DNA from: an uncultured Planctomycetota bacterium
GTDB lineage: Bacteria; Planctomycetota; Planctomycetia; Pirellulales; Lacipirellulaceae
Assembly: GCA_963719315.1 (NCBI GenBank)
Contig: CAVRBU010000004.1
Span: 416,001-480,000 of the forward strand
DNA length: 64,000 bases
Reading direction: 5' to 3'
Part shown: piece by piece, positions 9,877 through 18,771 of the stretch
Layout of the letters: the number at the start of each line of letters is the position of its first letter
How positions within the stretch are numbered: the first letter of the stretch is position 1
Position numbers and translations under genes: made by a program
The notes under the pieces: generated by a model
What the model was told of the DNA's origin: nothing
The model's input: only the letters and a program-made list of their open reading frames with translations
The model's database searches: none

Positions 9877-9946
9877 ATGGCCGCGAGGAGTGTCGTGAAC
9901 GACCCTACGGGCGGTTCTCTCTTGTCTCTTTTGTATTTCGCGCCTG

Positions 9947-9979
<33 letters not shown>

Positions 9980-9989
9980 CTTGGTGCCG

Positions 9990-10592
9990 TCACCTTGCGC
10001 TTGCACTTAGGAGTTCCGCCGGTAGCCACTCGAGCCTCGGCACACAAATGTTCTTGTCATAAGTCAACCCTTCGTACCAACGAGCACTCGACCACTGCCA
10101 ATCAACGGCTCGCTCCACCAAGCCACGTCGCGCTGGATTGAGATGAATGTAATCGATCACAGCGAGAACGGTTTCCACTCGATCTAGATTTCGGTCATAG
10201 CCAGGTCCTTCCTGCCAATAGCGAAAACATTGAACGCCTGGCCGCTGTTGCACGGTCAGAGTGTTCAACAGACTACTCTTTGCGATTTGCAGCAGGCGTT
10301 TGACCCGGAACGAAAACGGCCGCTTGATAGCTTTGAGGAGGTCGTCGATTCCAGATGCATTTTGGCCTGGAAAGACCAATAGATGCACATGCTCCGGCAT
10401 GTAAACAAAGGCCGATAGCCGATAGTCGTGACGCCTGATGGCCCGGTCAATCGCTTCGCTGAACATTCCCCGCCACTGGTGGTTCGTAAGCAGCGGGCGG
10501 CGTTGGTAACAAGAGAACGTTAGCTCATGGCAATGGCCTGGCTCGTGATAATGCTTTACTCGCTTGCGGTGTGGCGGCTGTGGAAGGGGCAT
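9990..10592 (-). CDS. REP-associated tyrosine transposase (RAYT, HUH Y1)
   Basis: HELTF, YMPEHVHLL (HUH), WQxGxGYDR, YIHLNP...W.WSS; bracketed by inverted REPs. Confidence 0.9.
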   Translation of the reverse strand: MPLPQPPHRKRVKHYHEPGHCHELTFSCYQRRPLLTNHQWRGMFSEAIDRAIRRHDYRLSAFVYMPEHVHLLVFPGQNASGIDDLLKAIKRPFSFRVKRLLQIAKSSLLNTLTVQQRPGVQCFRYWQEGPGYDRNLDRVETVLAVIDYIHLNPARRGLVERAVDWQWSSARWYEGLTYDKNICVPRLEWLPAELLSASAR

Positions 10593-10614
10593 GCAACAAG
10601 GTTATCGCAGCGAA

Positions 10615-10645
<31 letters not shown>

Positions 10646-10674
10646 TGTAGCAAATGAAACGGGTGCCACTGCTA

Positions 10675-11853
10675 TACCCTACGCGGCCAGCAATGAGACA
10701 TCTTCGAATCGCTGAAAGTTGAGCGTCATGAGGGATTTGAGGGGTTCGGCGTGGCGGGTTGCGAGGTCGGCGATTGTTTCTTGGATGGCGGCTTGAAACT
10801 CTTGAAATCCGGGATGGTAACGCCCATAGATGGCCGGCCGCTTGATGAACTTCCAAAGCCGTTCGATGAGGTTCAGGTTCGGCGAGTAGGAGGGCAGGAA
10901 CAGCAGCGTGATTTCCAGTTGCGTCGCCAACGCTTGCACCGCGGCGTTACGTTGGTAGCGAGCGTTGTCCAGCACCAACGTGATCGGTCCGGCCAGACCG
11001 AGGGCAGCGATCTTCCGCAACAGCTCGCACATCGTTTCCGTGTTGACGACCGTGGTGTTGGTCACGCTTACCAGTTCGCGGGTCACGGCGTTCCAGGCTC
11101 CCAGGACATTGAACCGCTGGCGGCCCGAGGCGGCCCGCACGAAGATTCGCGTGAACGACCACAAGCAGCACAGGAACGTCCCGTACACAAAGTGGGCCGC
11201 ATCGACGAAGAAGACGTGTCCCCGCCCTCGGGCGGCGGCGTCGAGGCGGGGCTTCAGTTCGAACGTCGTGAAACAGGGCCTGCTCGGCGACATGCTGGGC
11301 CAAGTTTTTTTGGGCGGCACGGGGAGCGCCCGGACCCGCTGCCACTTGAGTCCCATGTCTTTCAGGAACTTGCGAGTTTGCGACAGTCCCCGCCGCAGGC
11401 CGGTCAGTTGGTAAATGCGTTCGCAGGCTTCCGCGGTCGTGCGGACCGGCTGGTTCTCGAACGACGCGCGGATCACGTCGCGATAGGCGGCCAAGTCGCT
11501 CACGGGCCCTTGCACATTCCACCGCCGCAGACCCTCCAACCCGCCATCACGATAGGCCGCAACGTACCGCCCGACGGTCGCCACTCCGACCCCCGCCAAT
11601 TTCGCCGCCTGGGATCGCTTCAAACCACACTGCAGCGACCACAACACCAGCATCTTGCGGCGGACATGCGACTCCGGATGAGACTCCCGCTCGGCCGCGA
11701 CAATTCGCTGTTCCTCTTCCGTCAATCGGACTCGAAACCAAGCCATGACAGCCCTCCTTGCCAGCAACACGCCATCCTCCTCGATGGCGACATAAGGGCC
11801 TTGTACAACAAATCAGCTACTCGGGAACAGATCATTTATCCCCACGCAGGGTA
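10675..11853 (-). mobile_element. IS630-family insertion sequence with TA target duplication
   Basis: TA|TACCCTACGCGG ... CCCACGCAGGGTA|TA terminal inverted repeats around a DDE transposase. Confidence 0.9.
10679..11770 (-). CDS. IS630 transposase
   Basis: HTH N-terminus, FFVDAAHF, LVLDNARYQ, LPSYSPNLNLIERLW; the start may be the later MAWFRV. Confidence 0.93.
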   Translation of the reverse strand: MLLARRAVMAWFRVRLTEEEQRIVAAERESHPESHVRRKMLVLWSLQCGLKRSQAAKLAGVGVATVGRYVAAYRDGGLEGLRRWNVQGPVSDLAAYRDVIRASFENQPVRTTAEACERIYQLTGLRRGLSQTRKFLKDMGLKWQRVRALPVPPKKTWPSMSPSRPCFTTFELKPRLDAAARGRGHVFFVDAAHFVYGTFLCCLWSFTRIFVRAASGRQRFNVLGAWNAVTRELVSVTNTTVVNTETMCELLRKIAALGLAGPITLVLDNARYQRNAAVQALATQLEITLLFLPSYSPNLNLIERLWKFIKRPAIYGRYHPGFQEFQAAIQETIADLATRHAEPLKSLMTLNFQRFEDVSLLAA

Positions 11854-11949
11854 TAACTCGTTAGCAGTGTTTCTTCCGGCCGTACCCTTGCACGTCTCTG
11901 TAATCGATGTTCTCTCGGCAGGTAGACCGCAAGGGGACGCCAATAGGCG

Positions 11950-11979
11950 GCACTGCGGGGCAAGCCAGCAGTGGCACCC
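11950..11979 (-). repeat. REP family C
   Basis: GCACTGCGGGGCAAGCCAGCAGTGGCACCC on the + strand. Confidence 0.85.
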
Positions 11980-11981
11980 GA

Positions 11982-13133
11982 TTATTGCAGTAACGAAGCC
12001 GCGCCATCCGCGGCCGGCCGTGTCGCGACTTGTGCCTGATGTTGCTGCCGCAGCCGTTGGAGAATCGACGTGGTTTGGTCAACCCAGTCGGCGTCGCCGG
12101 GGGCGTAGTCGAATTGGCCGGCGGCGATTGGGGCGTCGAAGACGACGTCGGATAGTTCGAGTACGACCATCGGGTGGACGCTAAGTTGATAAGGGATGGG
12201 CGGGCCGTCAGCGCCGGTTATTTCTGGCGTTTCCAGTCGTCGGTATTCGATGCGGTAGGGGAACAGGTCGGCCTGGCCGACGAGGAGCAGCACTTCTTGC
12301 GGCATTCGTTCCGGCAGCGGTTTGTGCTTGCGTTTCAAATCGGCGGCCGGGGGTTGGCCGTTAGTTGGGTTGGCATGAACCTTGGAGAGGAGCGCGGCGA
12401 GCTTTTCGGGTTTCCAGTGGCCGACGACGGCGAATACGGGCAGATTAGTCGGCTCGGCCGATACGGGCGGGGCGATCGCGAGGCGCATGGCTTGCGGCGG
12501 CATGAACGTGAAGTTCTCGCTGAGGGCGGTTAGCAACGAGGGCAGTCCGCCGGTATAGGCCGTTAGTTCGCCCTGCAGCGACGACCAATTGGCCTCGCCC
12601 GGTTTGATGTCGTTCAGGTCCGCTGCGCCGAGCGACGGGTCGGCTCGCAGTTGTCGCAGGTCGATGCGATTGACGGTGCGGCCGGTTGGCAGCTTGCGGT
12701 CGAGCCACATGAAGCGGCTGTTGCAAACCTGAAGCAGTTGGGCGTCTTGCCCGGCAATTTGGAGTTCGAGACGGACCTTCAGCTCCTCACCACTCCCCTG
12801 CTGCCAGTAGCTGCCGACGCCGTAGAGTTGCTGTCCGCCGATTGCGATTTGGTGGCGAAGCCGGGCGGTCACGCTGGCGCGGCGTTCCAGTTGGCTCGCT
12901 GCTTGCGTTAAGAGCCTGACGCCGACGGGGGTTTGGTCCGACACTGATTCAGCCGTTTTTAGTAGCGGAACCTGTGACGAATTGCCCTCACCCCGGCCCT
13001 CTCCCAGAGGGAGAGGGAGACTGGGGCTCTCACCTCGTGCTGGCGGAGAAAGAAGAAGGCGCGGGCCTGCTATCGCAACAGCAGCGATGATGAATGCAGC
13101 CAGCGTTGACAAGTGGGGCAAACTTTTCTTCAT
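11982..13133 (-). CDS. Exported protein, probable LolA-like fold
   Basis: Signal peptide; VRLEL...LLQVCNSRFMW...LFPYRIEY...LELSDVVFDAPIAAGQFDYAP resembles the LolA/DUF2092 pattern. Confidence 0.65.
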   Translation of the reverse strand: MKKSLPHLSTLAAFIIAAVAIAGPRLLLSPPARGESPSLPLPLGEGRGEGNSSQVPLLKTAESVSDQTPVGVRLLTQAASQLERRASVTARLRHQIAIGGQQLYGVGSYWQQGSGEELKVRLELQIAGQDAQLLQVCNSRFMWLDRKLPTGRTVNRIDLRQLRADPSLGAADLNDIKPGEANWSSLQGELTAYTGGLPSLLTALSENFTFMPPQAMRLAIAPPVSAEPTNLPVFAVVGHWKPEKLAALLSKVHANPTNGQPPAADLKRKHKPLPERMPQEVLLLVGQADLFPYRIEYRRLETPEITGADGPPIPYQLSVHPMVVLELSDVVFDAPIAAGQFDYAPGDADWVDQTTSILQRLRQQHQAQVATRPAADGAASLLQ

Positions 13134-13507
13134 CTGCCGGTTTTGACGGTTTTACCAAAGAAACCGCTACTACAGGGCCGACCATTAATCTCCGGAAGAC
13201 GATGTGTTCACGCCGCCGTCGGGCGGACGCCGCGCGAGCGGTTCCGACTGGGCGACGTTGAACAGCGACTTCTCGACGGGGCGGATTGTAGTAACCGCTG
13301 CCGGGGAGAGTCCATCGCAGTCGCTCGTTTGCTAGCGTGTTGAATCCCGCCGAATCCATCGGATTCGCGGAGACGATTCAACCGCTCGGCCGTCTCGGCC
13401 CGCAAGCGACGCGCGACACGCAGGATTGAAACATTGAGCGCTTGCTGCCGTTACGCCGGTTGAGACGATCGGCGCGTGACCAGCGAGCCATGCTAAGGGG
13501 GGACGAC

Positions 13508-15130
13508 ATGCGAGTAGAGCGTACGCTCGTGGGATTATTGTTGACAGCCATCGTTGTGGCGCCGGGTTGTGGCCGACTGGCTTACAACCTGCCGCCCGCA
13601 TCGCGAATCATGGAACCCGGCCCCGGCGTCAGTGGCCCTGGTCCCGGCGTGATTCCACCAGCCGGTTCGATGTATGGAATGAGTGGCGGCGCCGTTGGTC
13701 GCTTCGGAGATGGAATGGGTTCGTACATCGGAGGTGGCGGAGGTGGGTACTGTGGACCGGGCGGTCCGATGGGTCCCGGTGGACCAATGGGGCCTGGCGG
13801 CGCCGTTCCCGCTCCGACGCCCTATGGCGTGTCGCAAGCTGGTTACTGCGGCCAGGGTGGTTGTGAGCAGGGCTGCCCGTGCGGTGGATGCGACGGCGGT
13901 CCGGGCAACTGTGGTCCGGGCAACGGCGGTGGCATGAACGACCCTCGCATTCAACAGGCAGGCTTACGCCACATGCTGAGTGGTGGTAGCGACTGCATGC
14001 GGCCAGGCTCGACCGAAGCGTATGCCGATGGCGGCGGCGCGATGGGCATGGCCACGTCGCAGATCGCTTTCTTGGGAAGCGACGGTGTGCAGGTGTCATG
14101 GGACACGAGTGGCTCGGGCATGTTTGATTCCGTGCCGCTCGTGGTGCCGGGCCGACAGGATTTTTACCAAGGGGCCATCTATCGCCTGAAGTTGACGAAC
14201 ATTCCGGGCCGCGCGGGCGTCACGTTGTACCCGACGCTCGAAGTCGCGCCCGTTACGCCGCGGACGGATGCCTATCTGGCGCACTCGCCGATTCCGGTTC
14301 AATTCACGGAAGAAGATTTTGACCAGGTCGTGAGCGGTAACTTCGTCACGAAGGTGATCTATCTGCCAGATCCCGAGTTCCAAGAGCTCGCGCTCGCCGG
14401 TGTGGAGACGTTGGTCAGCACGCGGCTCGATCCGGGTGTGGATCCGATTGCTGAAGCCGATCGTCGCGGTTCGATCCTCGCCATTGTGCGGATTGGTAAC
14501 AAGGACATCGAACTCAACAACGGAGCGCAGAACTCGGTTGGTTCGGTTTTGCCGGCAAGTCTCGACGCTCCGGTGAATGGGCAGAACAACGCGACACAAG
14601 CGATGTACAACGAAGCGGCTGGCGGGCCGGCGGAGCCGGGTGACTTCCAGGTGTCGCCCGCTCAATACTGCGACGGCGGCTGCTACGGCGGCCCCGGTTA
14701 TGGCGGTGGCGGATATGGCAGCGGCGGTACGAGCAGCCTGCCGATGGGCATGCCGACCAGTGGATTCGCCCCGCCAAACGTACCACCCAACATGATCGCC
14801 GGCGGCCCGCAATGGGGCATGCCGATCACGGGCACGCCGATTGGTTTGCCCGGTCCGCCGCATATTCCGTTGGGCACTCCGGCCGGTTTGCAGCAACACG
14901 TGATCAAGAATCGCACGCGGGTGATGATTCCGCCGCCAGTGTCGAAGATGGAAATGTCCGTCAAGCAACGTCCGGGCCTTAACTATCCGCGACCCGTTAA
15001 TCACGTACACGTTGATGAGACGCAGCGCGAACCGTTCCGGTTGCTGCCTCCCTGGTTGACCGGCGCGTTTCACCATCAATCGAGCGGCGCTTACGGCAGC
15101 GGGGCCTCGGGCAGACCATGTCCGCAATGA
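13508..15130 (+). CDS. Gly/Pro/Cys-rich putative lipoprotein with an uncharacterised central domain
   Basis: Signal ending APG-C; low-complexity arms; globular domain paralogous to the next gene. Confidence 0.8.
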   Translation: MRVERTLVGLLLTAIVVAPGCGRLAYNLPPASRIMEPGPGVSGPGPGVIPPAGSMYGMSGGAVGRFGDGMGSYIGGGGGGYCGPGGPMGPGGPMGPGGAVPAPTPYGVSQAGYCGQGGCEQGCPCGGCDGGPGNCGPGNGGGMNDPRIQQAGLRHMLSGGSDCMRPGSTEAYADGGGAMGMATSQIAFLGSDGVQVSWDTSGSGMFDSVPLVVPGRQDFYQGAIYRLKLTNIPGRAGVTLYPTLEVAPVTPRTDAYLAHSPIPVQFTEEDFDQVVSGNFVTKVIYLPDPEFQELALAGVETLVSTRLDPGVDPIAEADRRGSILAIVRIGNKDIELNNGAQNSVGSVLPASLDAPVNGQNNATQAMYNEAAGGPAEPGDFQVSPAQYCDGGCYGGPGYGGGGYGSGGTSSLPMGMPTSGFAPPNVPPNMIAGGPQWGMPITGTPIGLPGPPHIPLGTPAGLQQHVIKNRTRVMIPPPVSKMEMSVKQRPGLNYPRPVNHVHVDETQREPFRLLPPWLTGAFHHQSSGAYGSGASGRPCPQ

Positions 15131-15132
15131 AA

Positions 15133-15219
15133 GTAGATCCTGTTTGCCGAGCGGGATCTGAACAAATCGAAAGTTAGAAAAATAGGCATGCTAGGTTCCT
15201 TCCGGCAGAAGGGACCTAC
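15133..15219. repeat. REP doublet family A
   Basis: GTAGATCCTGTTTGCCGAGCGGGATCT ... AGGTTCCTTCCGGCAGAAGGGACCTAC. Confidence 0.85.
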
Positions 15220-15232
15220 TAAGAAAATCCCC

Positions 15233-16015
15233 ATGACAACGGTTCCGGTGCTCGCGCGTTCGCCACGGCGAACGCGAGTCGAGGGCATACTGCGATGGGC
15301 AGTGCTGGTTTATCTTGCGTCGGGCCTAAGGGCTTCGGCACAGGATCGACCAGTACACTGGCTAAATGCCGGTGCCATGCCTCCGGGAGCGATTGGCAGC
15401 CAACGACTTCAGCGGGGCGGACCGTTATTGGGGTACTTCCAGCCGGTGAGGATTCGAGCGCCGCAAGGCGCTCGGATCTCGCTGGCCGTGGAGGGTGGTT
15501 TTTCGAACGCCGAATCGAACGACGTGCTCGTCGGGTTGCAGATCGGGCCGGTGTACCGGCTGCAAGTATCCGACATTCCGAACGCGAATGGTTTGGAACT
15601 CTATCCGACCATCGAAATGATCGATCGGACGTATCCGCCGCCGTGCCTGGCGTTGCGGTATCCGATTCCGATCGAGTTGGCGCAAGACGAGCTCGAACTC
15701 GCGTCGCGCGGGGCATTCGTGACGCGCGTGATCTATATCGAAGACCCGCACCAGGCGTTGCCGATTTCGCGGAAGGCGAACGATGAGCAGCCGTGGGTCG
15801 AAGCGCCGGCGGGTGAAGACCCCTTGGTAACGGCCGATCGTGAGGGAAGACCGGTGGCGATTCTGCGGATTGGCGGCCGGGTGCCGAACTCTGCCGATGC
15901 CACCGGCGGATGCGAGGGCGTGCCGAGGTTCGTCACGTTCACGCCGCCGGTCGAATGTGTGGACAATGCGACGAATACGAGCGACGCGACTCCGCCAGCC
16001 ACTCAATCGCAGTGA
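15233..16015 (+). CDS. Exported hypothetical protein, paralog of the upstream gene's central domain
   Basis: Signal ASA-Q; YRL..S.IP...G..LYPTIE...PIPIE...G.FVT.VIY..DP. Confidence 0.8.
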   Translation: MTTVPVLARSPRRTRVEGILRWAVLVYLASGLRASAQDRPVHWLNAGAMPPGAIGSQRLQRGGPLLGYFQPVRIRAPQGARISLAVEGGFSNAESNDVLVGLQIGPVYRLQVSDIPNANGLELYPTIEMIDRTYPPPCLALRYPIPIELAQDELELASRGAFVTRVIYIEDPHQALPISRKANDEQPWVEAPAGEDPLVTADREGRPVAILRIGGRVPNSADATGGCEGVPRFVTFTPPVECVDNATNTSDATPPATQSQ

Positions 16016-16129
16016 TGACCAGCATGGCCCAAGCCGCACAACATGATGCAGCGATGGAGAGTGTAGACGACTCGCTCCGCGAGCCGAAGTCCGCGCGAAG
16101 CGAGCGGACTGCACTCAAGCGATCCTTCT

Positions 16130-17407
16130 GTGCATTTGCCCGTTTGGTGGCGGTGCCTGCTTATTGCGGTGGCGATGGTCATACTGAGCGCGTGCAACAC
16201 GCCGGTGACGCGGACGCATCTCACACCGGACAAATCACTGACTCCGCCGCCGGTGGAAGCGCAGAGCATGCCCCTGCCACCGATGGATGCGCAGGTCGTG
16301 CCAATGAAGCCCGTCGGGGCGCCGGCCCAGGCAATGATGCCGTCCGAAACAATGGAGCCCGAAACGATGTCGCCGCCCGCGGCACTGGGACCGGCTGAGT
16401 TGGCGAGCGGCTTGCCGACCGAAGCTGGTCCTTGCTGTGAACAAGGCCCGCGCGATGGTGGCGATTTTAGTTCGACCGACCCGTACGGCCCACTGGTTGG
16501 GCCGAGCGACGAATACTTGTGCGACGGCGGCGACTACGGAACACCGGCCGGCATACAGGCCGATTGGACGATTCAGGGGCTGGAACAGGAAGACGCCATT
16601 AGTCACTACGACACGGTCGATGGACGAGTCCTGGTGACGCCCAGCAACCGAGTGTGTATTTACGCCCCGCGGTTCGCGGCGGTGCGGCGCGTGGTGCAGC
16701 CGATCGCTCACGAGCAACCGCTGTTCATCAACCAGACGCTGGATGAGCTGTCGCCGGCGAAGGCCATCGAAGCACAGCCGGCGGTCTCGCAATTCCAGCG
16801 GCACAAAGTGGCAGTCGACATGGGACAGCAGCCGGCGAACTTGTTCCGCCAACGGCAACAAGCCGGCGGCATGGAAAACCTGCAGGCGACGATGGATGCC
16901 TTCAATTCGCTGGCCGCCTACGCGAACCTCACGATCATTCGCACGGGCGAAGTCTCCGACGCGGAGAAGGCGCTCGTCGAGCGATCGAAGGAGGCGGCCA
17001 TCACATTGACTGGAGTGCAAGCGCCGCAGGTCCTGTTCGGCGTGAAGCAGGCCCATGCTGAGGTCGGCGTCCGCGAGGCGGGCATTGTCTATCAAACCGA
17101 CGGGCCGGAACATCCGAAGCTGCGGTTGTTGAAGCTGGCCTCCTGTGGCCACGCCCAATTGGGCGAAGAGGTCGAGTTCACGTTGCGTTACGACAATGTT
17201 GGCGACCAGCTCATCGGCAATGTCACGATCGTCGACAATCTTTCGACGCGGCTCGAATACGTGCCCGACACGGCCAAGAGCAGCGTGGACGCCGACTTCA
17301 TCACGCAATCGAACGACGCCGGCTCACTAATTCTCCGCTGGGAAATCAAAGACCCAGTTAAGCCGGGCGACGGCGGCATCTTGCGGTTCCGCGTGAAGGT
17401 GCGGTAA
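16130..17407 (+). CDS. DUF11-domain lipoprotein
   Basis: Lipobox LSA-C; C-terminal LKLAS...GEEVEFTLRYDNVG...NVTIVDNL...LEYVP. Confidence 0.85.
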   Translation: MHLPVWWRCLLIAVAMVILSACNTPVTRTHLTPDKSLTPPPVEAQSMPLPPMDAQVVPMKPVGAPAQAMMPSETMEPETMSPPAALGPAELASGLPTEAGPCCEQGPRDGGDFSSTDPYGPLVGPSDEYLCDGGDYGTPAGIQADWTIQGLEQEDAISHYDTVDGRVLVTPSNRVCIYAPRFAAVRRVVQPIAHEQPLFINQTLDELSPAKAIEAQPAVSQFQRHKVAVDMGQQPANLFRQRQQAGGMENLQATMDAFNSLAAYANLTIIRTGEVSDAEKALVERSKEAAITLTGVQAPQVLFGVKQAHAEVGVREAGIVYQTDGPEHPKLRLLKLASCGHAQLGEEVEFTLRYDNVGDQLIGNVTIVDNLSTRLEYVPDTAKSSVDADFITQSNDAGSLILRWEIKDPVKPGDGGILRFRVKVR

Positions 17408-17464
17408 GTGCGCCTAAGCTGACGGCGGATTCACGCCACCCCCAAACTCCCGGCAACTAAGAGT

Positions 17465-17517
17465 TTAGACAATCTGTCTAACCTTGGATTGCCCGCCTCC
17501 GGAACGTGAGGCATAAT
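17465..17517 (+). promoter_or_regulatory. Putative higBA operator palindrome and sigma70-type promoter
   Basis: TTAGACA-ATC-TGTCTAA at 17465-17481; TTGCCC-17 nt-CATAAT at 17489-17517. Confidence 0.55.
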
Positions 17518-17523
17518 TGGTGG

Positions 17524-17820
17524 ATGCGGGTGATAAGCCTGAAACTACTGCGAGAGTTTTGGGTAAAGCATCCCGATGCCGAGCGGCCGCTGCGTCTTTG
17601 GTATAAAGACGCGATCCAATCCGCTTGGCACAATCTGCATGAAGTTCGGCAAACGCTGCCGCATGCCGATGCTGTTGCCGCCGATGAAACTTTGACCGTT
17701 TTCAACATCGGTGGAAACAAATATCGGCTGATAGCGCGCATTCGCTACGATTACCAACTCGTCAACGTTCGAGCTGTGCTGACGCATAGCGAGTACGATG
17801 CAGGAAAGTGGAGAGATTAA
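17524..17820 (+). CDS. higB: HigB toxin
   Basis: MRVIS...LREFW.KHPDAE..L..WY...VFNIGGNKYRLI...THSEYD. Confidence 0.93.
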   Translation: MRVISLKLLREFWVKHPDAERPLRLWYKDAIQSAWHNLHEVRQTLPHADAVAADETLTVFNIGGNKYRLIARIRYDYQLVNVRAVLTHSEYDAGKWRD

Positions 17821-17825
17821 CAACA

Positions 17826-18254
17826 ATGCACGTTGTCAAAAAAGTGCGTCATCCGGCCCTTGCGGGGCGTTTTGAACAGTTGGCCGAAGTGCTGCCTCCA
17901 CAGGCGATTCGCGGCAACGCCCAATATCAAAAGTCGCTCGACATGATCGATCGCCTGATGTCGCGTAAGAAATTGACAAGTGGGCAGGCGCTCTACATGG
18001 AAACGCTCGTGCAGCTTGTTCAGGCTTACGAAGCGGAGCATCATGCGATCGATGTTGCGGATTTGGACGGCATTGACTCCTTGCGGCATCTGATGGCGGA
18101 GAACCACATGAATGCTTCGGATTTGGCGCGCCTACTAGGAGTCCACGCCAGCATGGGCTCGAAAATCCTCAAGGGCGAGCGATCGCTGACCCTGGATCAC
18201 GTGCAAAAGCTGGCAGCGCGATTCAAGGTTCGGCCGGAGTTGTTTATCAGTTAG
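17826..18254 (+). CDS. higA: HigA antitoxin (HTH)
   Basis: LVQAYEAEH...LRHLM...SDLARLLG...SKILKGERSLT. Confidence 0.9.
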   Translation: MHVVKKVRHPALAGRFEQLAEVLPPQAIRGNAQYQKSLDMIDRLMSRKKLTSGQALYMETLVQLVQAYEAEHHAIDVADLDGIDSLRHLMAENHMNASDLARLLGVHASMGSKILKGERSLTLDHVQKLAARFKVRPELFIS

Positions 18255-18771
18255 TGGAAGATTCAATCGACCATGAGTATTCAAGCTGATGATGAATTGA
18301 TCCCAAGATTTGTGGAGATATCTTGCAACCTATGGCTCCGCACTGCGACGATTTGCACATTGCGACAAAATGCGCGGTGCAAATAAAAAAATGATTTGAC
18401 AACAAAAGAGGTGGTTCGCATTCGCGATATCGGCTAAACTATGAACCGGTTGCATTGGACCGCCGTCTCGCCTCACTTCAACTAAACCAGTGCATATTTG
18501 GCGACGGCATGAATCGAACGCCGTACAGCAACGTCATCAACGAACACGCGCTCTATTTGCGGTTGTTCATCACGAACGGCGGCGGCTGGTAGTTTGTGCT
18601 TTGGGGGCGGAAATAGCGTTGTGTTGCCGCGCGGCGCACAGCGACTTCTGACTCGTTGCGGCTTGTGAAGTCGCGTTCGATCGGACGTGGGTTGGAGCCA
18701 AACCTGAACCACGAGAGTTATCGCGTTCATCGACTGATCGGCTTACAGGCGATCCGTCTCAACGAAAGGAT

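Noticed and set aside
10751..12184. Long antisense or alternate-frame ORFs (for example 477 aa here, and 35543-36724, 49681-50934)
   Set aside because: Shadow ORFs expected in high-GC DNA overlapping well-supported genes.
13730..13805. GPGGPM repeats as a collagen domain
   Set aside because: Only a few triplets within a general Gly/Pro low-complexity region.
18255..18770. AT-richer intergenic region as an RNA gene or small CDS
   Set aside because: No convincing structure or coding signal; probably promoter DNA.
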